49,737 nucleotides of DNA from an uncultured Oscillospiraceae bacterium (GCA_944387825.1 CALXGL010000009.1:1-49737), one strand, 5' to 3'. Counted from the first letter of the stretch, positions 25,649 to 35,139 are shown. The notes: a model not told the origin generated them from the sequence alone. Made by a program: numbers and translations.

Positions 25649-26873
25649 CGCTGTTATAATCGGGGGAGGCGCGGCGGGGACGCTTTGCGCGGCGCTAGCC
25701 GCCGGCCGCGGACTCCGCACCGTTCTGCTGGAGCCGAACCGGGAGTTGGGACGAAAGCTGCGCATAACCGGAAAAGGCCGCTGCAATGTGACAAACGACT
25801 GCACGCCGCGCGAGTTTATAGAGGCCATACCCGGTGACGGACGCTTCCTGCAGAGCGCCGTCCACCGCTTCTCGGCTCAGGACGCGATGGCCTTTTTTGA
25901 GAGCCTGGGCGTGCCGCTGAAAACCGAGCGCGGAAGACGCGTTTTTCCGGAGAGCGATAAAGCCGGGGACATAGCGGGAGCGCTTACGAGATTGTGCCAT
26001 ATTAACGGGGTCGAAATCCTTCATGAAAAGGCGAAAAGCATAAAAGCCGGCGGCGGGGGAGTGGAGGCCGTTATAACCGGGCGCGGCGAAATACCCTGTC
26101 GCAGCGCGGTAATCTGTACCGGAGGGCTCAGCTATCCCGGAACCGGCTCAACCGGCGACGGATACCGAATGGCGCGCGAGCTCGGACATGCGGTGAATCC
26201 GTGCCGGCCGAGTCTTGTGCCGCTGGAATCCGGCGACGCATACTGCCGCGATATGCAGGGCTTTTCTCTCCGAAACGTCACGCTGTCGGCTTACGAGGAC
26301 GGCAGACTGATTTACAGGGATCTGGGGGAGATGCTGTTTACCCATTTCGGCGTCTCCGGCCCGCTTGTGCTTTCAGCTTCGGCGCATATGAGAAACTTTG
26401 GGAAGTCCGAGTACAGGCTGAGCATAGATTTGAAGCCCGGGCTGGATGAAAAGAAGCTGGACGCGCGAATTCTGCGCGACCTTGAAAAATATCAGAACCG
26501 CGAGTTCCGCAACTGCCTGAACGACCTGGCCGGACGTGCCATGGTTCCGGTGCTCGTCAGGCTGAGCGGCATACCGCCGGAGGAGCGGGCAAACTCCGTA
26601 ACACGGGAGCAGCGCGCGAGGCTCGTGAGCCTGTTCAAGGCTTTCCCGGTGAGCGTATCCGGCCCGCGGCCGATTGCCGAGGCCATAGTTACGGCCGGAG
26701 GCGTAAGCACGAAGGAGATAAACCCGCGCACCATGATGTCCAAGCTGGTACCCGGCCTCTATTTTGCCGGCGAGGTGCTTGATTTGGACGCATATACCGG
26801 CGGCTACAACCTGCAGATAGCCTGGTCTACGGCCTACGTTGCGGCCAATTCCCTCAGGACGGAGGAAGAATAA
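25641..26873 (+). CDS. NAD(P)/FAD-dependent oxidoreductase, HI0933/BaiN-like flavoprotein
   Basis: AVIIGGGAAGTLCA dinucleotide motif, GKGRCNVTN and a C-terminal GLYFAGEVLDLDAYTGGYNLQIAWSTAY. I trimmed the start to 25641, which overlaps the rpiR-like stop. Confidence 0.8.
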   Translation: MADAVIIGGGAAGTLCAALAAGRGLRTVLLEPNRELGRKLRITGKGRCNVTNDCTPREFIEAIPGDGRFLQSAVHRFSAQDAMAFFESLGVPLKTERGRRVFPESDKAGDIAGALTRLCHINGVEILHEKAKSIKAGGGGVEAVITGRGEIPCRSAVICTGGLSYPGTGSTGDGYRMARELGHAVNPCRPSLVPLESGDAYCRDMQGFSLRNVTLSAYEDGRLIYRDLGEMLFTHFGVSGPLVLSASAHMRNFGKSEYRLSIDLKPGLDEKKLDARILRDLEKYQNREFRNCLNDLAGRAMVPVLVRLSGIPPEERANSVTREQRARLVSLFKAFPVSVSGPRPIAEAIVTAGGVSTKEINPRTMMSKLVPGLYFAGEVLDLDAYTGGYNLQIAWSTAYVAANSLRTEEE

Positions 26874-27562
26874 TGGAAGAGACACACTACTCGGTGGCAA
26901 TAGACGGCCCCTCCGGCGCCGGCAAAAGCACGATAGCCAGGGCCGTGGCGGAGCGCTTCGGTTTCCGCTATGTCGATACCGGCGCCATCTACCGCACAGT
27001 TGGGCTGGCGGCGAAAAGGGTCGGATGCGCCATGGGGGATGAAGCGGCCGTAAAAGCCCTGCTGTCCGGACTGGATGTGAACATCGGCTATGGCGTGAAA
27101 GGCGAGCAGAGGGAATACCTCAACGGCGAGGACGTAACCGAGCTCATACGTACTCCGGAAATATCGAAGCGCGCGTCCGACGTGTCCGCCATGCCCTGCG
27201 TCAGAGCCTTCCTGCTGGAGATGCAGCGCAGCCTGGGACGCAGGATGAGCGTCGTCATGGACGGGCGCGACATAGGCACGGTAGTTCTGCCGGACGCGAA
27301 TATAAAAATCTTCCTCACGGCGAATGTTGAGCGCCGGGCCGAGCGCAGGTACAGGGAGCTCCGGGAGGCCGGCCTGCCCGTCAGCCTGGAAGAGGTCCTG
27401 CGCGATATTGAGGCCAGAGACGAGCACGATACAAAAAGAGCGGCGGCGCCGCTCTCCGTGGCGCCGGGCGCCATAGTAGTGGATACAAGCGACTTGACGC
27501 TCGCTGAGAGCATTGAAGCGGTGTGCGGCGTTGTAAGCGCCGGGCTGGGAGCGAAGGCATGA
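26873..27562 (+). CDS. cmk: Cytidylate kinase
   Basis: VAIDGPSGAGKSTIARAVAERFGFRYVDTGAIYR. Confidence 0.9.
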   Translation: MEETHYSVAIDGPSGAGKSTIARAVAERFGFRYVDTGAIYRTVGLAAKRVGCAMGDEAAVKALLSGLDVNIGYGVKGEQREYLNGEDVTELIRTPEISKRASDVSAMPCVRAFLLEMQRSLGRRMSVVMDGRDIGTVVLPDANIKIFLTANVERRAERRYRELREAGLPVSLEEVLRDIEARDEHDTKRAAAPLSVAPGAIVVDTSDLTLAESIEAVCGVVSAGLGAKA

Positions 27563-28185
27563 CGGGGAAAGCACAGGAAAAGAAGACAGCGAGGGAACAG
27601 ACGCATCGCTGGTTTAACATCGTATATTCCATAGTTATACCTCTGGTCAAGCTGGTATTTCGCATTCGCTGCAGGGGCAGGGAGAATATTCCGCAGGGCC
27701 CTGCGGTGGTCTGTGCCAACCACTCCAATTTGCTTGACCCCCTTATTGCGGCGGGCGCCTTCGGAAAGAGGCACTTCATGCACTTTATCGCGAAGAGGGA
27801 GCTGCAAAACGTCCCGATTATAGGCAAGGTCATAGAATTGTGCGGCGTCTGCTTCGTAAACCGCGGAACCGGGGATATTACGGCTATGCGCAGCATGATG
27901 CGTTACCTTAAAAATGGGGAAAAAGTCTTTATATTCCCTGAAGGCACACGCGCGGAGGAGGACAACATGGTGGATGCTAAGACGGGAGCGGTCCGCCTCG
28001 CCTCCAAGCTGGATGTGCCCATAGTCCCGGTGTATATCCCTCGCCGCAAGCACGTTTTCGGGCGGATAGACGTGCTGATAGGCAGGCCGTATCGCGTAAA
28101 GGGCAGCAACCATGATGAGTATGAGTCCCTGTCGGACGGCATCATGGAGCATATCTATGAGTTGAGGGACGGTAAAAGCGCATGA
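27559..28185 (+). CDS. plsC: 1-acyl-sn-glycerol-3-phosphate acyltransferase
   Basis: NHSNLLDP (HxxxxD) and FPEGTR motifs. ATGA overlap with cmk. Confidence 0.85.
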   Translation: MTGKAQEKKTAREQTHRWFNIVYSIVIPLVKLVFRIRCRGRENIPQGPAVVCANHSNLLDPLIAAGAFGKRHFMHFIAKRELQNVPIIGKVIELCGVCFVNRGTGDITAMRSMMRYLKNGEKVFIFPEGTRAEEDNMVDAKTGAVRLASKLDVPIVPVYIPRRKHVFGRIDVLIGRPYRVKGSNHDEYESLSDGIMEHIYELRDGKSA

Positions 28186-30407
28186 GTACAATAACGGTGG
28201 CCGGGAGCGCCGGCTTCTGCTTCGGCGTGTCGCGCAGCGTGGAAATGGCGGAAGAGCAGCTGAAGGACGGCCCCTGCCTGAGCTTCGGCCCGCTTATTCA
28301 CAATGAGAACGTAGTGGAGCATCTCTCCGAGCTGGGCCTGAGGGTGATTTCTTCGCCGGATGAGGTGCGTTCGGGCGACCGCGTCATTATCCGTTCTCAT
28401 GGCGTGCCGTCGGCAGTGGAGGACGCTCTGCGTCAGGCCGGGGCGGAAATAGTAGACGCGACCTGCCCTAATGTCGCGCGCATACACAGGCTCGCGGCGG
28501 CAGCGAGCGCCGCCGGGCGCAGGGTTATAGTAATCGGCAGCTCCGGGCACCCGGAGGTGCAGGCCATCTGCGGCCGCTGTACCGGCGCATGCGTGGCCGG
28601 GAACGCACAGGAACTGGAAAAAATGCTCGAGACAAGCCCTGAAATGCGCTCGGAAGCCGTAACGGTTGTCGTACAAACCACTCAGACTGAGAAAAATCTG
28701 AAAGAGTGTGAAAAATTAATAAAAAAACTGTGTACAAACGCGGAAATATTTGATACAATATGTTCTGCTACGTCCACGAGGCAAAGTGAAGCAATCGAGC
28801 TGGCCTCAAAATGTGACGCAATGGTAGTCATCGGCGGCAGGGACAGTGCGAACAGCCTGCATCTCGCGCAGTTGTGCGCTGAGCGCTGCGCCAACACTCA
28901 GTTCGTTGAAAACGCCGAGACGCTGGATACAACAGCGTTAATTGGCGCAAACGCCATAGGCGTAACGGCGGGGGCGAGCGCTCCCTCGTGGATAATCAAG
29001 GAGGTACTGGAAAAGATGAGCGACGAGATCCTGATTCAAGAGAACCCGGCAGAAGAGACCGCGGCAGAGCCCGCAGTCGAAGCGGCAGAGCCCGTAACCG
29101 AGACGGTGGAAGAAACCGCCGCCCCTGTTGAAGAAGCCGCAAACGCGGTCGAGGAGACCGCAGCCGCAGAGAAGCCCGCGGCAGAGAAGAGCTTCGACGA
29201 AATGCTGGAGGATTCTCTTAAAACTATATATAATGGCGACAGGGTATCCGGCACTGTAGTGGCTATTACGCCCACTGAGGTCAGCGTGGACCTCGGCACG
29301 AAGTATTCCGCTTTCATTCCCACGACGGAGTTCACCAACGACGGCGCCGTCAACGTTGAGGACGCCGTTAAGGTTGGCGACAGCGTTGAGGCTATCGTAG
29401 TCCGCGTGAACGACATCGAGGGCACCGCCCAGCTCAGCAAGAAGCGTCTCGACGCGGCCAAGAGCTGGCAGGTCATCGAGCAGGCCCAGGCCGACGGCGA
29501 GATAGTCGAAGGCGTGGTAACCGAGGAGAACAAGGGCGGCGTCGTTGTCAACGTCGGCGGCGTGCGCGTGTTCGTACCGGCCAGCCAGAGCGGCCTGCCG
29601 AAGGACACTCCCATGACCCAGCTCGTTAAGACCACCGTCCGCCTGAAGATTACCGAGGTCAACCGCGGCCGCCGCCGCGTTGTAGGCTCCATCCGCGCCG
29701 TGCAGCAGAAGGAGCGCCGCGAGAAGGCCGACGCCGTCTGGAATGAGATAGAGGTTGGCAAGACCTATCACGGCACTGTGAAGAGCCTGACCAGCTATGG
29801 CGCTTTCGTCGACATCGGCGGTATTGACGGCATGGTTCACGTCAGCGAGCTGAGCTGGAACCGCATCAAGAACCCGGCCGAGGTAGTTTCCGTGGGCCAG
29901 GAGATTGACGTCTATGTTATCGGCTTCGACCGTGAGCAGCGCCGCATCTCCCTCGGCTTCAAGAAGGCCGAGGACAACCCCTGGACCAAGTTCGTCAACA
30001 CCTGCTCCGTCGGCGACGTGGTCAAGGTCAAGATTGTCAAGCTTATGCCCTTCGGCGCTTTCGCCGAGGTTATGCCCGGCGTTGACGGCCTTATCCACAT
30101 CAGCCAGATTGCCAACCGCCGTATCGGCAAGCCCGACGAGGTCCTGACCGTCGGCGACATCGTCGATGCGAAGATTACCGCTATCGACACTGAGAAGCAG
30201 AAGATAAGCCTCTCCATCCGCGCCCTGAGCGAGCCCGAACCGGCTCAGCGCCGTGAGCGCCGCGAGCGCAGCGAGCGTCCTGAGCGCGAGCATCGCGAGC
30301 GCCGTCCCATCGTCCCTGAAGAGGACGCCCTGGTTTATGAGGTCAGCGAGACCGGCGAAGCCAAGGGCAACATTCCCGACTTCGTTGACGACGAGACCGA
30401 GGAGTAA
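28182..30407 (+). CDS. ispH: Bifunctional 4-hydroxy-3-methylbut-2-enyl diphosphate reductase (IspH/LytB) / 30S ribosomal protein S1 fusion
   Basis: The N-terminal ~280 aa is LytB-like (GFCFGVSRSV, HNENVV, ATCPNV, DTICSATSTRQ). An Ala/Glu-rich linker follows, then four S1 repeats (e.g. GTVKSLTSYGAFVDIGGIDGMVHVSELS). Confidence 0.9.
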   Translation: MSTITVAGSAGFCFGVSRSVEMAEEQLKDGPCLSFGPLIHNENVVEHLSELGLRVISSPDEVRSGDRVIIRSHGVPSAVEDALRQAGAEIVDATCPNVARIHRLAAAASAAGRRVIVIGSSGHPEVQAICGRCTGACVAGNAQELEKMLETSPEMRSEAVTVVVQTTQTEKNLKECEKLIKKLCTNAEIFDTICSATSTRQSEAIELASKCDAMVVIGGRDSANSLHLAQLCAERCANTQFVENAETLDTTALIGANAIGVTAGASAPSWIIKEVLEKMSDEILIQENPAEETAAEPAVEAAEPVTETVEETAAPVEEAANAVEETAAAEKPAAEKSFDEMLEDSLKTIYNGDRVSGTVVAITPTEVSVDLGTKYSAFIPTTEFTNDGAVNVEDAVKVGDSVEAIVVRVNDIEGTAQLSKKRLDAAKSWQVIEQAQADGEIVEGVVTEENKGGVVVNVGGVRVFVPASQSGLPKDTPMTQLVKTTVRLKITEVNRGRRRVVGSIRAVQQKERREKADAVWNEIEVGKTYHGTVKSLTSYGAFVDIGGIDGMVHVSELSWNRIKNPAEVVSVGQEIDVYVIGFDREQRRISLGFKKAEDNPWTKFVNTCSVGDVVKVKIVKLMPFGAFAEVMPGVDGLIHISQIANRRIGKPDEVLTVGDIVDAKITAIDTEKQKISLSIRALSEPEPAQRRERRERSERPEREHRERRPIVPEEDALVYEVSETGEAKGNIPDFVDDETEE

Positions 30408-30412
30408 TTTTG

Positions 30413-30452
30413 AAAAAAAACAGCGCCGGGTACCTTCCGGCGCTGTTTTTTT
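30413..30452. terminator. Strong rho-independent (bidirectional-looking) terminator
   Basis: AAAAAAAA-ACAGCGCCGG-gtacctt-CCGGCGCTGT-TTTTTT. Confidence 0.8.
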
Positions 30453-30483
30453 ATGTTTTTTTAGAAATTTCACCTCTTTTTCC

Positions 30484-30512
30484 TTGCTAAAAAATATTTT
30501 CAAGTGTATAAT
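30484..30512 (+). promoter_or_regulatory. Sigma-A-type promoter (TTGCTA, 17 nt spacer, TATAAT) for the carD-like gene
   Basis: TTGCTA at 30484-30489 and TATAAT at 30507-30512, with a 17-nt spacer. Confidence 0.5.
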
Positions 30513-30555
30513 TGTTAATGTATTAAGTGTAAGCGTTCGGGAAACGGAGGTAAAA

Positions 30556-31038
30556 ATGACTTTCCGGGTAGGCGACCGGATAGCTCACCCGATGCACGGC
30601 GCCGGGATTATCGACAGTATTGTTACCAAGAGGATAAACGGTACGGACAGGGAGTACTATGTGCTGAAACTGCCTGCGGGGGACATGCTTGTGATGGTTC
30701 CCGTGGAGACCTGTGAAGCCATCGGGGTCAGGCCGATTGTAAAGCCGGATGAGGCAGAGAGAATTATGGGAGCAATACCTGCCATAACTGTCGAGATGAC
30801 CTCAAACTGGAACAAGCGCTACCGTGAGAATATGCTGAGGATAAAAAGCGGCAACCTTATGGAAGTGGCGTCTGTTGTGAAGGGCCTGATGCAGCGCGAC
30901 AGGGAGCGTGGGCTTTCCACCGGAGAACGCAAGATGCTGCACTCGGCCAAGCAGATTCTCATATCTGAAATCGTGCTCTCCGAGTGCTCCAGCTATGAAG
31001 AAGTGGAACAACGTTTGGACATTGCAATGGGTCAATAA
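30556..31038 (+). CDS. CarD/CdnL-family RNA-polymerase-binding transcriptional regulator
   Basis: MTFRVGDRIAHPMHGAGIIDSIV...REYYVLKL is a CarD_TRCF N-terminal domain. I trimmed the start to the ATG at 30556, which has RBS GGAGG. Confidence 0.85.
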   Translation: MTFRVGDRIAHPMHGAGIIDSIVTKRINGTDREYYVLKLPAGDMLVMVPVETCEAIGVRPIVKPDEAERIMGAIPAITVEMTSNWNKRYRENMLRIKSGNLMEVASVVKGLMQRDRERGLSTGERKMLHSAKQILISEIVLSECSSYEEVEQRLDIAMGQ

Positions 31039-31057
31039 CAGGACTTGAATAACCGGC

Positions 31058-31087
31058 GGGCGCATCGAAGCGATGCGCCCGTTTTTA
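31058..31087 (+). terminator. Rho-independent terminator
   Basis: GGGCGCATCG-aag-CGATGCGCCC followed by GTTTTTA. Confidence 0.75.
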
Positions 31088-31197
31088 TTGCCGGAGATGA
31101 AGCCTGCTGAAAAAGGTCAATGTACGCCGCGAGCTTTACAAGCATGTGTGAGCTGCGCTATAATTAACCCATGACACCCTGGAAACGAGGTAAAGCT

Positions 31198-31914
31198 ATG
31201 CATATAAAGGCAAAAAAACTTCAGACGCGGCCGTATTGCTCCGCAGTTATCGTGGCTGCCGGGTCCTCAAGCCGCATGGGTGAGGACAAGCTGCTGATTG
31301 AACTCGGCGGCCGCACGGTTATAGAGCGCACGATGCTTGCATTTCAGTCCAGCGAGTACATTGACGAGATAGTGGTGGTAACCCGTGGGGAAAAGATACC
31401 GGTTTTCGCCGGGATTGCCCGCGACGCCGGAGTCAGCAAGCTGAAGAGCGTGGTTACCGGCGGGGCAGACAGGACGTCGTCCTCCTGGGCGGGCGTGCGT
31501 GAGTGCTCAGAGAACGCGGGCCTAATAGCGATACACGACGCGGCCAGGCCGCTTGTGACGGGGGAAATCATCGCCCGCGCGGTGACCGCGGCGCAGCAGC
31601 GCGGCGCGGCGGCGCCGGCGATAAACGTCAAGGACACAGTTCGTCAGGCGCGCGGCGGACGCGTGCTGCGCACGCTCGAAAGAGATGAGCTGTTCCTTAT
31701 GCAGACACCGCAGGTTTTTCGCTCCGACCTTATAAGGGCGGCCCTGTCGGAAGCCGTTAAGCTGCAGCTTTCTCTGACCGACGACTGCGCGGCGGTAATG
31801 CTGCTGGACGCTGAGGTCTTTCTGGTTGAAGGCTCGGAGGAAAACCTCAAGCTGACGACTCCGTCAGACATATATGCGGCGGAGTCCATATTGGACAGAA
31901 GGGGGGAGCTGTGA
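31198..31914 (+). CDS. ispD: 2-C-methyl-D-erythritol 4-phosphate cytidylyltransferase
   Basis: [21 protein letters not shown] and QTPQVF motifs. Confidence 0.9.
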   Translation: MHIKAKKLQTRPYCSAVIVAAGSSSRMGEDKLLIELGGRTVIERTMLAFQSSEYIDEIVVVTRGEKIPVFAGIARDAGVSKLKSVVTGGADRTSSSWAGVRECSENAGLIAIHDAARPLVTGEIIARAVTAAQQRGAAAPAINVKDTVRQARGGRVLRTLERDELFLMQTPQVFRSDLIRAALSEAVKLQLSLTDDCAAVMLLDAEVFLVEGSEENLKLTTPSDIYAAESILDRRGEL

Positions 31915-32384
31915 TGTTCAGGGTCGGGCACGGATATGATGTGCACAGGCTGGTCGAGGGACGCCGGCTGATTCTGGGAGGCGTGGACATACCGTATGAG
32001 CGCGGCCTGCTCGGACATTCGGACGCCGACGTCCTGGTTCACGCGGTCATGGACGCCCTTCTGGGCGCCGCGGCGCTTGGGGACATAGGAAAGCTGTTTC
32101 CCGATACGGACGAGCGCTACTCGGGCGCGGACAGCCTCAGGCTGCTCGCCGCGGTGATGGAAGCGCTGCGCGGAGCCGGGTGGTCGGTTTCAAACATAGA
32201 CGCAACAATCATAGCGCAGAGGCCGAAGCTTGCCCCGTACATAGCTGAAATGCGCGCGAGAATAGCCGCCGCCGCCGGTATAGAGAGCTCGCAGGTGAGC
32301 GTCAAGGCCACGACGGAGGAAAAACTCGGATTTACCGGAGAGGGACTGGGCATAGCCGCCCATGCCGTCGCGCTTATATATTGA
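31911..32384 (+). CDS. ispF: 2-C-methyl-D-erythritol 2,4-cyclodiphosphate synthase
   Basis: [12 protein letters not shown]...[26 protein letters not shown]. Confidence 0.9.
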   Translation: MMFRVGHGYDVHRLVEGRRLILGGVDIPYERGLLGHSDADVLVHAVMDALLGAAALGDIGKLFPDTDERYSGADSLRLLAAVMEALRGAGWSVSNIDATIIAQRPKLAPYIAEMRARIAAAAGIESSQVSVKATTEEKLGFTGEGLGIAAHAVALIY

Positions 32385-32462
32385 GCTGACAATTGCATAG
32401 GCGCTGCATAGAATGACACAAGGGCCATCGCCCTGCACTTCATGGTGGAGGTTTGTCTATAT

Positions 32463-32717
32463 ATGCAGCGCTATTTGATAATGTGCCGCTCTCTGACATA
32501 TGCCCAGCGGGCGGCGGCGGCATTGGAGCGGGCGGGAATAACCGCGCCGGTGTCCCGCGCGCCGCAGGGCCTCACGGGCAACGGCTGCGGCTACTGCGTC
32601 CGCGTAAATGAAAACCGGTTTTCATCTGCGCTGAACGTATTGTCCAAAGCCGGCGTGCCGCATGGGAGGCTTTACCGCGCCGAGCCCGACGGAAGATATG
32701 TCGAGGTGGCGTCATGA
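32463..32717 (+). CDS. DUF3343-like small protein (putative S/Se-handling accessory protein)
   Basis: About 84 aa. YLIMCRSLTYAQRAAAALERAGITA...GCGYCVRV resembles DUF3343. It overlaps the start of the following cysteine desulfurase-like gene. Confidence 0.55.
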   Translation: MQRYLIMCRSLTYAQRAAAALERAGITAPVSRAPQGLTGNGCGYCVRVNENRFSSALNVLSKAGVPHGRLYRAEPDGRYVEVAS

Positions 32718-33850
32718 TATACCTCGACAGTGCGGCCACGTCGCTCCAAAAGCCGCGCGCCGTGGCGGAGCAGACTGCCCTGGCCATACGGATGATGGCA
32801 AGCCCGGGCCGCGGCGGCCACCGCCCCGCGAGGCTGGCGGGGGAAAAGGCCTTCGAATGCCGCGCGGCGCTGGCGGAGCTGTTCAATTTTGCCGAACCCG
32901 AAAACGTGGTGTTCACAATGAACGCCACTCACGCTTTAAATATAGCCCTGGCCTCAACCGTGCCGGCGGGCGGGCGGGTCGTGGTCTCCGGCTGGGAGCA
33001 CAATGCCGTCACGCGTACTTTAAACATGCTGAAAGCGGATGTGGATACGGCGAAAGCCCCGCTTTTTGACAGCGGAGCGACGCTCGAAGCGTTTCGCGAA
33101 CGCATTCCCGGGGCCGCGTGCGTGGTGTGCACGCATGTGTCAAACGTGTTTGGCTTTGTACTGCCCGTATATGCCATAGCGGGGCTGTGCCGCGAATACG
33201 GCGTGCCCTTTGTGCTGGACGCGTCGCAAAGCGCGGGGGCCGTTGAGGTGGATGCCCGGAAGCTGGGCGCTGCTTTCATAGCAATGCCCGGGCACAAGGG
33301 ACTGCTGGGCCCGCAGGGCACCGGCGTGCTGCTCTGCGGGGCGCCGGCCGCGCCGGTTATGGCCGGCGGCACGGGCTCGGACAGCCGGGCCCAGACAATG
33401 CCGGAATTCCTGCCCGACCGTCTGGAGGCCGGGACGCACAATATACCGGGAATAGCCGGCCTGCTCGCCGGAGTCCAGTATGTAAAGCGCCGCGGGGCGG
33501 AGGCGATAGGCGCCCACGAACGCGCGCTGGCGCGCGCTTTGGGAATGCAGCTCAGAAGCATACCGGGGCTTGAGGTGTTCCTGGCCGATGATGAATCGGC
33601 GCAGGCCGGCGTAGTGTCTGTCCGGCATTCGTCGGTGGGTTGCGAGGAGCTGGGAGCGGCCCTGGCAAGCCTGGGCGTGTGCGTTCGCGCGGGGCTGCAC
33701 TGCGCTCCTCTGGCGCACTGGAGCGCCGGTACGCTGGAGACGGGCACGGTGCGCCTGAGCTTTTCGCCATTCAACACAGTCCAGGAAATAAGGCGTGTTC
33801 CGGCCCTGGTCGAGCGCGCCGTACGAATTGCCGCAGCGGGAGAAATATGA
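32714..33850 (+). CDS. Class V aminotransferase / cysteine desulfurase-family PLP enzyme
   Basis: MIYLDSAATS..., SNVFGFVLPV, and PGHKGLLGPQGTG (PLP-Lys region). 378 aa. Confidence 0.8.
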   Translation: MIYLDSAATSLQKPRAVAEQTALAIRMMASPGRGGHRPARLAGEKAFECRAALAELFNFAEPENVVFTMNATHALNIALASTVPAGGRVVVSGWEHNAVTRTLNMLKADVDTAKAPLFDSGATLEAFRERIPGAACVVCTHVSNVFGFVLPVYAIAGLCREYGVPFVLDASQSAGAVEVDARKLGAAFIAMPGHKGLLGPQGTGVLLCGAPAAPVMAGGTGSDSRAQTMPEFLPDRLEAGTHNIPGIAGLLAGVQYVKRRGAEAIGAHERALARALGMQLRSIPGLEVFLADDESAQAGVVSVRHSSVGCEELGAALASLGVCVRAGLHCAPLAHWSAGTLETGTVRLSFSPFNTVQEIRRVPALVERAVRIAAAGEI

Positions 33851-33861
33851 GGCCCCCTGTG

Positions 33862-33906
33862 AGCCGCGGCATCCTTGGAAGCAAGGATGCCGCGGCTTGC
33901 TTTTTT
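33862..33906 (+). terminator. Strong rho-independent terminator (left boundary of the hydrolase cassette)
   Basis: AGCCGCGGCATCCTTG-gaag-CAAGGATGCCGCGGCT, a 16-bp perfect stem, followed by TGCTTTTTT. Confidence 0.8.
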
Positions 33907-34064
33907 GTACTAAACGTCAAATATAAACCATAAAAATGGCACACAAAGAAAAATAATACAGCAAAATTGCCGTATTATTCGACATCATTGTTACGTGTTT
34001 TTATACTTAATTTACATTATACTAAAAACAAGAAATTAATATTTGCCCGGAGGAGGAGAGAGAA

Positions 34065-35057
34065 GTGGCAAGACGTGGTGCGGATTTAAAGACTCTGCTT
34101 GATATCCCTATGTGGGAAAAAATACAAGACGAGCTGGCGAAACTTACCGGCACCGCGATTATTACGGTAGACTATAAGGGTAATCCCATAACCAAGCACA
34201 GCGAGCGCACGGAGTTCTGCAGCGTTATACGCGAAAACCCGGTCTCAAGAAAACGCTGCTACCGCTGCGATGCCCTTGCCGGACTGGAGGCCGTGCGTTT
34301 GGGACGTCCCTACGTCTATCTCTGCCACTGCGGAATAGTAGACGTGGCCGTGCCTGTGATTGTCGGAGACAAATATCTGGGCGCCGTCATGTTCGGCGAA
34401 GTACGCCTGCCCAAAAACGCCGAGGCCGAGGAGAAGGTTGAGCGCCTCGTCAGCGAGATAAGCTCTTTCCAGGCCGAGGGCGACAGCATCCGCAGCGACC
34501 TCCTCGAGAAATATGAGCGCCTGCCCGAAATGGAGTACAGCCGCATAGTGCAGGTGGCCGATACCATCAAATCCATAGTCAATTATATCATCGACCGCGC
34601 GGTCAGCCGTGAAAACGAAATGCTTACATACGAGTATCTGCTCCGTGGGATATCGGAGCGCAATACCGTGCGCCCTCATGAGATTCAGGAGCACGCCGTA
34701 GCGGACGAACATCAGGAGGAGAGCAGCCTCCCGCAGAGCAGCGCGGTTTATCCTGCCGTTGAATACGTCAGGAGCCACATGCATGAAATGGTCAGGATGG
34801 TGGATATGGCGCACCTCTGCCATCTCAGCCCCAGCTACTTTTCACGTATTTTCCACCGCGATGTCGGCGAGAATTTTATCAACTGGATGAACCGCCAGAA
34901 GGTCGAGGAGGCCAAGCTCCGCCTGCGCGGCGGCAACGACACCGTAAATCAGATAGCGCTGGATCTGGGGTACATGGATTCCAGCTATTTTATCAATGTC
35001 TTCAGGCGGTTTGAAGGCATAACTCCGCTCGTATACAGGCAGTATAACGGGAAATGA
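34065..35057 (+). CDS. AraC-family transcriptional regulator with an N-terminal PocR-type sensory domain
   Basis: The PocR-like N-terminus is WEKIQDELAKLTGTAIITVDYKGNPIT...FCSVIR...CYRCDA...YLCHCGIVDVAVPVIVGDKYLGAVMFG. The C-terminal AraC HTH is LSPSYFSRIFHRDVGENF...IALDLGYMDSSYFINVFRRFEGITP. GTG start with RBS GGAGGAGGAG. Confidence 0.85.
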   Translation: MARRGADLKTLLDIPMWEKIQDELAKLTGTAIITVDYKGNPITKHSERTEFCSVIRENPVSRKRCYRCDALAGLEAVRLGRPYVYLCHCGIVDVAVPVIVGDKYLGAVMFGEVRLPKNAEAEEKVERLVSEISSFQAEGDSIRSDLLEKYERLPEMEYSRIVQVADTIKSIVNYIIDRAVSRENEMLTYEYLLRGISERNTVRPHEIQEHAVADEHQEESSLPQSSAVYPAVEYVRSHMHEMVRMVDMAHLCHLSPSYFSRIFHRDVGENFINWMNRQKVEEAKLRLRGGNDTVNQIALDLGYMDSSYFINVFRRFEGITPLVYRQYNGK

Positions 35058-35097
35058 CCTCTGACAGAAAAATTGTCGTCATGCACAATTATCAAGT

Positions 35098-35123
35098 ACT
35101 TGCTTTGAGCAAGTTATTTTTTT
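35098..35123 (+). terminator. Terminator-like hairpin after the regulator gene
   Basis: ACTTGCT-ttg-AGCAAGT followed by TATTTTTTT. Confidence 0.55.
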
Positions 35124-35139
35124 ATCTATTTCGCACAAC

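Noticed and set aside
29040-29200. Repetitive GAA/GCC-rich DNA (EETAA-type repeats) that looked like a possible tandem repeat or array.
   Set aside because: It is an in-frame, imperfect low-complexity linker between the IspH and S1 domains. It has no regular period or spacers.
28938-30503. A 521-aa minus-strand ORF antisense to the S1 part of ispH-rpsA.
   Set aside because: The sense strand encodes canonical S1 repeats. The antisense product is low-complexity (Ala/Leu/Gly/Asp runs) and reflects codon-position GC bias.
30253-30555. The N-terminal 101-aa extension of the carD-like ORF.
   Set aside because: It overlaps the ispH-rpsA 3' end, a strong terminator (30413-30452) and a promoter (30484-30512). 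The ATG at 30556 has RBS GGAGG and starts the conserved CarD N-terminus.
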